Below are positions 45,410 through 54,045 of a stretch of DNA of 64,000 bases, in pieces. Origin of the DNA: Peptococcaceae bacterium SCADC1_2_3 (GTDB lineage Bacteria; Bacillota; Desulfotomaculia; Desulfotomaculales; Nap2-2B); assembly GCA_000681355.2 (NCBI GenBank), contig JJNX02000004.1, positions 757-64,756 on the forward strand, in the 5' to 3' direction. Below the pieces are notes generated by a model that searched no databases, was not told the DNA's origin, and was given only the letters and a program-made list of their open reading frames with translations. Positions within the stretch are counted from its first letter, which is position 1. Every line of letters starts with the position of its first letter. The position numbers were made by a program, and so were the translations under genes.

Positions 45410-45710
45410 CCGAAAAACTCCTCGTCCGGGATTCCTCTATCAAAAGAGGAATATCAAAATCTGTTTTCGTCCGGGCCCGAATTTTTTCCTGAAAAGCCTG
45501 GGCGCATTCTAAAAAATCATGACTATTTTTAGGTTTACTTTTTCGCGCTCTCTTTAAGTTTAGCAGATCTTTTCTGCCAATAAAAAGCTGATTCCCTATT
45601 TTTTTAGCATTCAATCTCCCCGACCAGACCCACCGGCGGATGGTTTCCGGGTTTCGTCCATATTCAGCGGCAACGTCTCTTACGGTAAGCATTTCTTCTT
45701 CCATGAGCAC
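45393..45710 (-). CDS. HTH (excisionase/MerR-like) antitoxin of the PIN toxin
   Basis: LTVRDVAAEYGRNPETIRRWVWSGRLNAKKIGNQLFI. The 17-nt overlap with the PIN gene suggests translational coupling. Confidence 0.65.
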   Translation of the reverse strand: MLMEEEMLTVRDVAAEYGRNPETIRRWVWSGRLNAKKIGNQLFIGRKDLLNLKRARKSKPKNSHDFLECAQAFQEKIRARTKTDFDIPLLIEESRTRSFSDEDLY

Positions 45711-45756
45711 TCACCTCTTAACTTAAAATTTTTGCACTTGCGATATATTGTAGTAA

Positions 45757-45777
45757 CCTACTACAATTAAATACTAT
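45757..45777. promoter_or_regulatory. candidate operator of the PIN/HTH module
   Basis: Perfect inverted repeat ATTGTAGTA-ACC-TACTACAAT, about 50 bp upstream of the antitoxin start. Confidence 0.45.
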
Positions 45778-46240
45778 CTTAAATTTTGCTAATCGTCAAA
45801 TGTTTTTTACCTTGTTTAAACAAAGACCGTTTAAAAGTATGAGTATTCAGTCAATGCCTGTATGCACAATTTTTTACTCATCTGGCATTGCAACTTCCTT
45901 TAAGTTGGCAGCGTTTCAGCAAGGTTCACTATATTTTTAACATAAAAAGGGATATAAATAAATATCTTTTTTACCAAATAAGGGTGGTCTCTTGTTTCTT
46001 TTTTCCTACAACAATTTTACACTATGGAGCCGTCCCCATGTCTCGCATGAGAAAATTTATTTATATAGAATTAAATTTGTGATATTCTTTTGCTAAGGAA
46101 TAAAAGCTGGAGAAAGGCACTAAAACGGCCTTCTAATTGTTCGGTTAATATTAGGGGAGAAAAATTACCCGTTAGGAAGTTAAAGCCCTCTTGGTGGCCA
46201 AAGAGAGGCCATTCTAATGATTTGCGGATGATCCGCCGCC

Positions 46241-46270
46241 ATAAAAAGCAAGGCCGGGAATTAACCCGGC
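46241..46270 (-). terminator. rho-independent terminator after gene 46372..47511
   Basis: On the minus strand: GCCGGG-TTAATT-CCCGGC followed by CTTGCTTTTTAT. Confidence 0.55.
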
Positions 46271-46371
46271 TTTGCTGTCAAAGGAGGCCGACCCTCTGTA
46301 TTAAATAAAGCAACCAACATTTCCCAAAGGGCTAAAGCAAAAAGTTAATAATATCAAAACCTTTAAAATAA

Positions 46372-47511
46372 TCAATACCGGAACACAGCCGCTAATGGTG
46401 CGTCATCAGGCATTTCTTCCCGTTTGACTACAAAAACAGTTCCTCCGTTCATAATGGTTTGGATGGCGGCAAAGTCCAACAGGTCCCTGTCGCCAGGTTC
46501 TACTTCTTGGTGTAAATGAACTATATTGTCGTCTGGGTTAAAAGTTCCCCACTGCCAAAGATCAACAGCCACAAACAATAAATCAATCTTTCCAAAGTGG
46601 GCTGCCGGAACAATTTCTTTTATTTCTTTAGAGGTTCGTCCCGTACCTGCAAGCTGTTTGTATTGGTCAACTGCTTCCTTTTGTTTCTTCTGAAAGTAGG
46701 GTTGTATTATGGCCCAGGCCTGTTCGTGTATTTTTTCCACACTCATGCTTTCAGGATTGCCCTTAATCCCTTCGTCCATGAGGTAGGGATAATTATTTGC
46801 CTCTTTATAAATCGGAAAGAGATAATCAACCCCTGCCAACAGTAAAGGTACCTGTTCTTCTCGAAGCAATCCATGCAATCCCTTATCAATTTTGCGAAAG
46901 TACCGCAGGATATTATCCTTAGCATCATCGGTAACTGAGTGTCCATGAAAAATAGCAGTTCCTGCCGGTGAACCGCCGCTGTGCGACTGAAGCTGTCTTT
47001 CCGGATCATCATACTTTAAGGCTTCCGCCAGACTTTTAGGAATACTTTCCAGGTGAAGCGCTTTAATGAAGTCACGCGTACCCTGAAAAAATTTAACCTC
47101 GTTTTGACTGATAGCCATAATATAAAATTGCCCGTCGCCGGTAAGCAAACGAAGCAAAGGCTTAGTATGGAAATGATCCGCTACGACGGTCAATTCTTCA
47201 AAGTCAAAGGGCAGGAAATAATAGCGAAACACTTTTGACGAAAGAAACATAGCCAATCCATTGCTTTGTCGCCAAAAAGGGGCGTCCCATAAAAGTTCTT
47301 GGGCCGGTTTCAATAATTCTTTTGTCTCTGGGGAACGAAGACCGTTAGTGCTTAGTTGTTCCTCAACCCCTTTGAGCAGATTCTTAAACCTGATTAGATT
47401 TTGCTGGGATTTTGCTCCTGTCCGGTACGTAGGCATAAAAATTGAAACACAAGGCCCCTTGGATTTTTCCATAACTAATGTTTTTAGTTCATCTTTAGAC
47501 AGTATGTTCAT
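46372..47511 (-). CDS. release-factor-like protein (bacterial archaeo-eukaryotic RF family, baeRF3-like)
   Basis: 379 aa. The N-terminus LSKDELKTLVMEKSKGPCVSIFMPTYRTGAKSQQNLIRFKNLLK matches my recollection of baeRF-type proteins. Not verified. Confidence 0.4.
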   Translation of the reverse strand: MNILSKDELKTLVMEKSKGPCVSIFMPTYRTGAKSQQNLIRFKNLLKGVEEQLSTNGLRSPETKELLKPAQELLWDAPFWRQSNGLAMFLSSKVFRYYFLPFDFEELTVVADHFHTKPLLRLLTGDGQFYIMAISQNEVKFFQGTRDFIKALHLESIPKSLAEALKYDDPERQLQSHSGGSPAGTAIFHGHSVTDDAKDNILRYFRKIDKGLHGLLREEQVPLLLAGVDYLFPIYKEANNYPYLMDEGIKGNPESMSVEKIHEQAWAIIQPYFQKKQKEAVDQYKQLAGTGRTSKEIKEIVPAAHFGKIDLLFVAVDLWQWGTFNPDDNIVHLHQEVEPGDRDLLDFAAIQTIMNGGTVFVVKREEMPDDAPLAAVFRY

Positions 47512-47693
47512 CCGGGTTACTCCTTTTCGTGTTATTATATACTTGTATTCTACCTATTTAGGGCCATCTATAATTTTAAAAAGGGCTTTAAAAAGGAAAG
47601 GGGTCAGCCTATATTGAATTTACTAAAGAAAGCTGCTTTTTAAGTATAGTCCAAATGGCCGTTTTTATGTTTTTATATTATAGCAGATAAAGA

Positions 47694-47706
47694 TTGATTT
47701 AAACAA
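47694..47706. promoter_or_regulatory. imperfect FNR/CRP-type box
   Basis: TTGAT-TTAA-ACAA in the divergent intergenic region. It shares TTGATTTAAA with the box at 48518. Confidence 0.3.
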
Positions 47707-47752
47707 GAAAAATAATACCCTTAAACAAAAGGCAAAATGTTTTTACGTCAGA

Positions 47753-47764
47753 GTTTACGTAAAC
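47753..47764. promoter_or_regulatory. 12-bp perfect palindrome upstream of the Crp/Fnr gene
   Basis: GTTTACGTAAAC, preceded by a direct copy of TTTACGT, about 45 bp upstream of the ATG at 47807. Confidence 0.3.
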
Positions 47765-47806
47765 CAGTGCACCATAGACAAAGCTTTTTTCAAAAGGGGG
47801 ATAAAT

Positions 47807-48514
47807 ATGGAGCCGGAGCCATGTTCCCACTGTCCTTTGTGGACTAACAATAATACACAGGAAAAGAATATTCTGCTTTTAAAAAATCTTGAAGGGATTA
47901 CAAGGCCCCTCCGGTTTAAGGAAAATCAACTGCTTTTTACGGAAGATGAACCGTGCAACGAAGTTATTGTTTTAAGAAAAGGCAGGGTAAAGCTGTTTTA
48001 CCAGGATACAGGCGGCAAGGAACTGATCGTAAATATTGCTGGTCCCGGAGATATACTTGGTATAGCTAGTTTTCAAAACCAAAAATATTATATAAATGGT
48101 CAGGCCCTTAATGACGGCGAAGCTTGTGGATTTTCCCGCCAAGATTTGCGTTCACTTCTGGCTAACTATCCTGAGCTTGCCCTTTGTTTTTTGGAACATT
48201 GTGAAGATCTTTTGCTCCGTTCTCATCTAGCGATCCGTAAGGTAGGTTTACTACGAGCCCAGACGCGCCTCGCTTCGACAATTTTTGAGCTGGCAAAAAG
48301 TGCGGGAAAACTCAATCAAGAAGGAATTGTTATTGAGATGCCCGTAACTTCAAGTATGTTAGCTGCTTTAAGCGGCGTTACGGCGGAAACGGCCGCCCGC
48401 ATCATTGCCAAGTGGAAAAAAGAAGGAGTTCTGGTGCTGAAAAGGAAAAAACTTATTCTTCCAAATCTTAATTTCTTTCAAGAGCATTTAAAAAAAGAGG
48501 GTTTTATCCTCTGA
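47807..48514 (+). CDS. Crp/Fnr-family transcriptional regulator
   Basis: 235 aa with a cNMP-binding-like beta-roll (VLRKGRVKLF, GPGDILG) and a C-terminal HTH (MLAALSGVTAETAARII). Confidence 0.88.
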   Translation: MEPEPCSHCPLWTNNNTQEKNILLLKNLEGITRPLRFKENQLLFTEDEPCNEVIVLRKGRVKLFYQDTGGKELIVNIAGPGDILGIASFQNQKYYINGQALNDGEACGFSRQDLRSLLANYPELALCFLEHCEDLLLRSHLAIRKVGLLRAQTRLASTIFELAKSAGKLNQEGIVIEMPVTSSMLAALSGVTAETAARIIAKWKKEGVLVLKRKKLILPNLNFFQEHLKKEGFIL

Positions 48515-48517
48515 AAA

Positions 48518-48531
48518 TTGATTTAAATCAT
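48518..48531. promoter_or_regulatory. FNR/CRP-type box upstream of the small sulfite-reductase-like gene
   Basis: TTGAT-TTAA-ATCAT, which is 9 of 10 against TTGAT-N4-ATCAA. It lies about 80 bp upstream of 48610. Confidence 0.45.
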
Positions 48532-48609
48532 TTTTTGTCCTCTGCATTTCCTTTAAAATTAAAAGGATGAAAAAAATAAAGAAAAAAAATTTAGGGGGGT
48601 CGGATTAAA

Positions 48610-49266
48610 ATGAAAGAATTGCCACGTGGGGCGGTTTTGCAACGGGATAAGACAACCTACGCCATTATCCCTCGTCTTAAGGGAGGGCTTATTGATGTCG
48701 AGGTATTAAGAAAAATTGCCAATGTAGCCGAAAAATACAAGATTCCGGTGCTGAAGATTACCGGAGCCCAAAGAATTGCCCTGGTAGGAATAAAGGCCGG
48801 GGATGTGGAGCCTATTTGGCAGGAACTAGGTATGGAACCTGCTCCTGCTGTGGGAAGAGTGGTAAGAAGCGTAAAGGTTTGTCCTGGTACGGCGGCCTGC
48901 AAGCTGGCCCAACAGGATGCCCTTGGCCTGGGGCTAAAACTTGATGAAAAGTTTTTGGGCATGGAGCTACCGGCAAAATTTAAAATTGGTGTTTCCGGTT
49001 GCCCCAACAACTGTGCCGAAAGCTGGATTAAAGACTTTGGAGTTTTCGGCCGGAACAATGGTTACACCGTAGTGGTTGGGGGCAACATTGGAAATAACCC
49101 GCGCCTGGCTAAAAACTTGGCCGAAGGATTAAATGAAGATGAGGTATTTGCCCTTGCCGAAAAAATAATTAATATTTATAAAGAGAAAGCAAATCAAAAG
49201 GAACGTTTTGGTAGTTTTATCGATCGGGTGGGGTTGGAAGAATTTAAAAAGATGGTTTCTTTATAA
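48610..49266 (+). CDS. small nitrite/sulfite reductase-like siroheme/[4Fe-4S] protein (alSiR type)
   Basis: 218 aa with cysteine pattern CPGTAAC (CX5C) and GCPNNC (CX3C), typical of the SiR/NiR hemoprotein cluster-binding site. Confidence 0.7.
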   Translation: MKELPRGAVLQRDKTTYAIIPRLKGGLIDVEVLRKIANVAEKYKIPVLKITGAQRIALVGIKAGDVEPIWQELGMEPAPAVGRVVRSVKVCPGTAACKLAQQDALGLGLKLDEKFLGMELPAKFKIGVSGCPNNCAESWIKDFGVFGRNNGYTVVVGGNIGNNPRLAKNLAEGLNEDEVFALAEKIINIYKEKANQKERFGSFIDRVGLEEFKKMVSL

Positions 49267-49321
49267 GCCTTAAAGTGTTACCTTTGTATTGCTAACCAGT
49301 TTAATTTGTTTTATGTAGTCT

Positions 49322-49357
49322 TAAAGCGCAGCATTATTTTTGTTGCGCTTTCTTTTT
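49322..49357 (+). terminator. rho-independent terminator
   Basis: AAAGCGCA / TGCGCTTT stem followed by CTTTTTT. Confidence 0.6.
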
Positions 49358-49397
49358 TATTGCCTATTATTCCTTAACAAGTTCATTCGGAACCCCC

Positions 49398-49607
49398 GGT
49401 CGTATCAATCACGATTCGACCAAGTTTTATAAAAGCAGGTTGTATGCTGAATTACATAAAGGTCAAGACGTAAAACATATTGAAAACGAAATACCCAGCG
49501 AGAATCTTGACAAAATATTCTGTAAATCAATGGACATTTCCGGCAGTTTCAGCAAGACAAATTGGGCTTTAAGAAAAAGAATTGACCCTCATTCTCTTTT
49601 GATATAG
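49398..49607 (+). pseudogene. 5' remnant of a DNA methyltransferase gene (N4/N6 type)
   Basis: Open frame without a start codon: GRINHDSTKFYKSRLYAELHKGQDVKHIENEIPSENLDKIFCKS. It resembles the N-termini of site-specific MTases and ends before any (D/S)PPY motif. Confidence 0.35.
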
Positions 49608-49701
49608 AATATTGCCATTCATGGAATAAGTTGAAAAATGTTTCCGTAAACAGAGATTTTCAGACCAGATTCGAAGAGGAAAGAAAGGTGGAGAAAGTTT
49701 C

Positions 49702-51015
49702 GTGAAAGTTAAAATATTTACGGTATTTCTTTTATTATTATTGTTAGTTTTAGCCTTTCCCTTAATCGCTAAGGCAGATAGATGTATAATTGTTCCCCGT
49801 GACGATGTTGTCTTAAGTGAACCGGGCCAAAAAGCCTTTATCGCCCATAACGGCCAAGAGGAGTTGCTTATTTTAAGTACCGATGTTAAAGCCAGTAAAA
49901 GCGTTTCTGTTTTAGAGTTTATGCCCTTGCCGTCCCGGCCGGAGGTAAGTCTGGCCCAAGAAGATTGTTTTATCAACTTGAAAGAACTGATTAAACGTTA
50001 TAATTTACATTACCCGCCTGTTTACCGGATTATGACCGAAGGAGCAAAAGGCGGTGAGGCAGCTTACGCGCCGGTTGAGCTTATATCTCATCAAAAGCTT
50101 GGTGTTCACGATGTTACGGTAGTTAAAATTAATGATATGACGGGATTTATCTGGTGGATAAAAGACTACTTTAAGAAAAGCAAAATACCTTACCGGGAAT
50201 TAAGCCGGAAAGAGAAGGACATCGTAACTGATTATTTTAACCGGGGCTTTAAATATTTTGTTTTTGATTTAATTCAGGTGGAAGAAGAGGTCCGGACGGT
50301 GCCTCCCCTGATTTACCGGTTTAAATGCGGTTATTTTTATTACCCCTTAATAGTAACCAACCATATTGGCGGGGTTGGGGAAATTGAATTAGTTTGCTAT
50401 GCGGACGAAAATATTCTAAAAAAGCTTTCCTCTTACCTTAAGGTTGCCATACCGCCGGAAAATGTTCCGGAAGTTGCTCCTCAAATCTGGCCGCCGCCTC
50501 CTTTGTGGCTGGCTTCAACCAGGGCGGGGGTTGGGGAAATTGAAACAAAAGAAATTAGCCCTTTAATTTCCGAAATAACCGGCAGTTCTGCTTACTTGCA
50601 GGCTTTTAAATATGAGGGTCCGCTGGAGTTCAAAAATGACTTATGGCTGAAAGTTTTACCGGAAGAAATTAAAGTGTTTATCAATAATTCTTTAGTCATT
50701 TTTGATGTGCCGCCAGTACTTTTCAGAGGAGTGTGCCTTGTTCCGGCCAGAGGTTTTTCTGAATCATTAGGGGCAAAAGTTTACTGGAATGGGGTAAAAA
50801 AAGAAGCGGTGATAAAAAAGGGGGAGCTTAACCTGGTTTTTCCTCTTTATCGGAATTATGCCTTTATTAACGGAAAAAAGGTTTATCCGGACGTTCCGGC
50901 CCAACAGATAGGTGGCCGGACAATGATTCCCTTACGCTTTATTTCAGAAGCATTATGTTTGAAGGTGGAGTGGGATAAGCAAAATAACCTGGTAAGGGTG
51001 GTAGCTCCAATTTAA
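49702..51015 (+). CDS. secreted protein: DUF2330-like N-terminal region plus a C-terminal copper-amine-oxidase-N-like (stalk) domain
   Basis: Signal peptide MKVKIFTVFLLLLLLVLAFPLIAKA. The C-terminus VCLVPARGFSESLGAKVYWNG and GRTMIPLRFISEALCLKVEWD is typical of Cu_amine_oxidN1-like repeats. Confidence 0.6.
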   Translation: MKVKIFTVFLLLLLLVLAFPLIAKADRCIIVPRDDVVLSEPGQKAFIAHNGQEELLILSTDVKASKSVSVLEFMPLPSRPEVSLAQEDCFINLKELIKRYNLHYPPVYRIMTEGAKGGEAAYAPVELISHQKLGVHDVTVVKINDMTGFIWWIKDYFKKSKIPYRELSRKEKDIVTDYFNRGFKYFVFDLIQVEEEVRTVPPLIYRFKCGYFYYPLIVTNHIGGVGEIELVCYADENILKKLSSYLKVAIPPENVPEVAPQIWPPPPLWLASTRAGVGEIETKEISPLISEITGSSAYLQAFKYEGPLEFKNDLWLKVLPEEIKVFINNSLVIFDVPPVLFRGVCLVPARGFSESLGAKVYWNGVKKEAVIKKGELNLVFPLYRNYAFINGKKVYPDVPAQQIGGRTMIPLRFISEALCLKVEWDKQNNLVRVVAPI

Positions 51016-51039
51016 AATTTTTACGGGCCGTTAGACGTA

Positions 51040-52239
51040 TTAATCATATTTGAAATCGTCAAATATTTGGCCAAAATTAATTCCGGCTATTTGGATGGTC
51101 TTGCACATATCATAAATTTTTCTTTTTCCTTCCTCCAGATAGCGTGATTTTATTCCGTGCTTGATAGATAAAGATGTTTCTATAAAGGCGGCTAAATGAT
51201 CGCAAACCTTTAAGATATTACCATCTATGGGCGAAAAGCTATCTTCGTTATACTTATGGTTAATTTCCTCGCTAGAAATCCCTTTGATAATTTTCCCCTC
51301 TTGCTTAATTTTGTTTTCAAACTCATCTTCAATAAAGTACCTTATTTCTTCGTGCCAGGATGGAGGAAGTAAAGGCAATAGTTTTTCTTCCACTTGGATC
51401 TTTTCGTACTCTTTTATTATATCCTGCAAGCCCTCAACTGAACTTTTTATAGGAGATACTATGTCCCGCGTCAACATTTCTGGTAAATCATGATATAAAG
51501 CCGCCCAAAAGTTATTGCAGGTTCTTTTCCGGCAAGCTTCAAGCTCGCTAGAGCAAAGGTAAGAAATCATAGCCACTATTAGCATGTGACCCAACACGGA
51601 TGTTTTTGGTATTCTGGGGGATTGGGCCCACCTTTGTTGAAATCTGAGTTGTCCGCAAAGGTCTACGAAACCAAAGGATTTTTTACCTAACGATATTTTT
51701 TGAACCCCTATTAAATCATAATGGTCTTCAATTTGGTTTTCTATTTCCTCCTTTGTTTTTTCTATCCCGTAAATAAAAGGACTGACATTGTATATAATTC
51801 TGAATTCCCAATTCGTTGCCAGGTAATGGGCCGCCTTAAGGATCCTTTTTTCCATCTTAGAATAATCGCTATTAAATAAATAATCTTTAAACTTTTTTTT
51901 AAAATTTCCTTTTACGTCCTGAACATTGCTTTCCAACTGTTTTATAACCCATTCATTTAATTCCTTTCCCTTTTGCATCATCATTTTATGAAAGACCGGC
52001 GGCTTAATGTCGGTTAATACTACTCTTTGAAGAAACTCAAATATCCCCCCTTCAATGAGGCGCAACCAATTTATTTCTGCCCCTTTGTCTGTTTCTTCGG
52101 ATTTCGCAATTACATAAGCTATTACCATTTTATGGGCTTGCTTATCCAATTCGGTTAGTTCAACCGGCCTTATATGATCGTTCCATCTTTGAATGCTTGC
52201 CGCCTCAAAAAATCTTTCAATTAATCCCTTTCTGATCAT
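51040..52239 (-). CDS. HD-domain phosphohydrolase with a duplicated YfbR-like module
   Basis: 399 aa. The N-terminal half has RWNDHIRP and AHKMVIAY (degenerate). The C-terminal half has QRWAQSPRIPKTSVLGHMLIVA and LYHDLPEMLTRDIVSPIK (intact H...HD...D). Confidence 0.65.
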   Translation of the reverse strand: MIRKGLIERFFEAASIQRWNDHIRPVELTELDKQAHKMVIAYVIAKSEETDKGAEINWLRLIEGGIFEFLQRVVLTDIKPPVFHKMMMQKGKELNEWVIKQLESNVQDVKGNFKKKFKDYLFNSDYSKMEKRILKAAHYLATNWEFRIIYNVSPFIYGIEKTKEEIENQIEDHYDLIGVQKISLGKKSFGFVDLCGQLRFQQRWAQSPRIPKTSVLGHMLIVAMISYLCSSELEACRKRTCNNFWAALYHDLPEMLTRDIVSPIKSSVEGLQDIIKEYEKIQVEEKLLPLLPPSWHEEIRYFIEDEFENKIKQEGKIIKGISSEEINHKYNEDSFSPIDGNILKVCDHLAAFIETSLSIKHGIKSRYLEEGKRKIYDMCKTIQIAGINFGQIFDDFKYD

Positions 52240-52397
52240 ATCTTAAGAACACCTTTTTTCTCGAAATTTAATTTATAGGTTTAAGAAGGCCAAATTTTTC
52301 ATTGCTGTTTGGCGAAAAAACAAAACTAGCATAAGCTATAATACTTCCTTCGCTACTTACTTCGCTTAAATTTTCATATTTCCTCTTTTAAAGTCGA

Positions 52398-52478
52398 AGA
52401 CCTGCCTGCTCATTGCCTCTTGCTGGATTAAAATCTACCAAAAAAACGTCGCCACGTTTAATCTCCACTTAAAATCAC
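52398..52478 (-). pseudogene. truncated MazF/PemK toxin gene
   Basis: VEIKRGDVFLVDFNPARGNEQAGLRL followed by a stop. This is the canonical MazF N-terminus, cut after 26 codons. Confidence 0.55.
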
Positions 52479-52705
52479 CCCGGATTGCGCTGCAAGAAAA
52501 ACTTCAGCGTCTTTCTGATTAGATTTTGCCCAAGCAGCATATCCTTTCGTTAATTCTTTTTCTAGTTCCTTTTGTTCAACTTGACGCAATAGCTCAGCTA
52601 CTGCTCCACTTCTAGTGGTATTCCATTGAGTTGCTACCCGGTCAAGATAGCTGCCGACCTGCTGCCAGCGCGCCGGGTCGTCTACTGTTATCCGGACGTC
52701 CCCGC
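52468..52705 (-). pseudogene. MazE-like antitoxin frame lacking a canonical start
   Basis: Open frame VRITVDDPARWQQVGSYLDRVATQWNTTRSGAVAELLRQ, overlapping the mazF remnant by 11 nt. There is no ATG/GTG/TTG near its 5' end. Confidence 0.4.
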
Positions 52706-52730
52706 CGCTTTCTTCTTATTTTCGTACTTG

Positions 52731-53048
52731 TTACAGTAAATTTTCGTACTGCTGCGTACCATAAAGCACACGCATAATGACAACTTGTTTTTCTGTTTCG
52801 TCAATCAGGTAAAAGACAATGTTATTTTTTACAATCAGCTTGCGATAGCCCCGGCTGCTTAGAATGTCATCTGCAACAAGACTGCCCGAGTAGGGAAAAC
52901 CCTTGAGCTGCATGATGGAGGTTTCAATATTATCCATCAGGTCATTGGCGGCTTTTGGGGCAACCAGGTGTTCTGAAATATACCGGTATATCCCGTCTAA
53001 ATCATCATTGGCGATTGGGGTAAACTTTAGCTGATAACTATTTTGCAT
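52731..53048 (-). CDS. RelE/ParE-family toxin
   Basis: 105 aa with YQLKFTPIANDDLDGIYRYI and VVIMRVLYG. Confidence 0.8.
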   Translation of the reverse strand: MQNSYQLKFTPIANDDLDGIYRYISEHLVAPKAANDLMDNIETSIMQLKGFPYSGSLVADDILSSRGYRKLIVKNNIVFYLIDETEKQVVIMRVLYGTQQYENLL

Positions 53049-53301
53049 ACTTTTCTCTTAAACGATTGAACACTTGCTCACCCTCCAAAAGAGGGATACC
53101 GTCTGCAATTTGCTTTTCGGCTTCGCCCAGCCTCTTATAAACATCCGCAAGCGCCAATTGTCTTTCATAGGTTTCCATGCTCATAATCACTAAATCGCCA
53201 TATCCGTTTTTGGTGATGAACACAGGTTCCGATTGATTGTGGCAGATTTCTGAAATTTTACTTGTATTCCTTAATTCAGCGATGGGTCTTATCAGTGGCA
53301 T
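53038..53301 (-). CDS. Phd/YefM-family antitoxin
   Basis: 87 aa with RPIAELRNTSKISEICHNQSEPVFITKNGYGDLVIMSMETYE. It overlaps the toxin gene by 11 nt. Confidence 0.8.
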   Translation of the reverse strand: MPLIRPIAELRNTSKISEICHNQSEPVFITKNGYGDLVIMSMETYERQLALADVYKRLGEAEKQIADGIPLLEGEQVFNRLREKYAK

Positions 53302-53403
53302 ACGCTCAACTCCTTTGCTATGATTTGCGATATCATTATAGCATAATTATGTCATGATTTCAAACATAGCAAGGATATCATTATCGGCTTCTACCCGAAA
53401 AGG

Positions 53404-53643
53404 TATTTCAGCCATGACATTGCCCGGATCACCCGGCACAGCCCGGAGGCGGTGGACAGGTACATCGACGACTTTGAGCGTGTTTTAATTATGCATACTT
53501 ATGGCCTCCCACTGGAATTGATGGCCCGGGTGGTCAAACGGGGGTCGACGCTGGTGGCGGAGTACCTGAACATTATTGTTGAACATTTCCTTGATCGGGA
53601 TGCTGTCAAGTCTCGTTTAAGGATGAAAGGGGTCAAAATTTAG
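53404..53643 (+). pseudogene. C-terminal fragment of a DUF1670-like gene
   Basis: FSHDIARITRHSPEAVDRYIDDFERVLIMH, GSTLVAEYLNII. Only about 80 codons remain and no upstream body is present. Family recalled from memory. Confidence 0.3.
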
Positions 53644-53778
53644 CCTTACGGGTTATACCGGTTATCTTTAGCAAGCCGCAGCATACAGGAAAAGTTTTAT
53701 CAGATAGTCCCCTTTTTTGTGAATATGGGGCTAAAAATCGTTCCCTTTTAGACTAGCAAAAAGAAGAAGAGCATCGGA

Positions 53779-53935
53779 AAGCCGTGTGCGGGAAAACCGC
53801 ATGCACGGTTTGATGAGGAAGGATTGGCAAGTCTACTATGGTGCGGCTATTTAGGCACCGTCAAACGAAAGGGACGGAAACAGATAAGCCAGCCTAAAGC
53901 GGTCATTGCCAGTTCTCTACTCTACCTCGGTTTCT
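53779..53935 (+). mobile_element. group II intron 3' remnant (domain V and a possible domain VI/3' end)
   Basis: AAGCCGTGTGCGG-GAAAA-CCGCATGCACGGTTT (53779-53811) fits domain V: AGC triad paired to GUU, 2-nt bulge, GNRA-like loop. Downstream, CTACTCTAC resembles an intron 3' end. No RT ORF or domain I is present. Confidence 0.4.
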
Positions 53936-54045
53936 GGTTTCTGTTGATTTAAATGTAATGTTAGTCCGATTTAGATGCAAGTCAAACGATAGTCATAATA
54001 ATTCTTTTAAGATGACTTTCGATTTCATCTTGATTCCTGTTTTTG

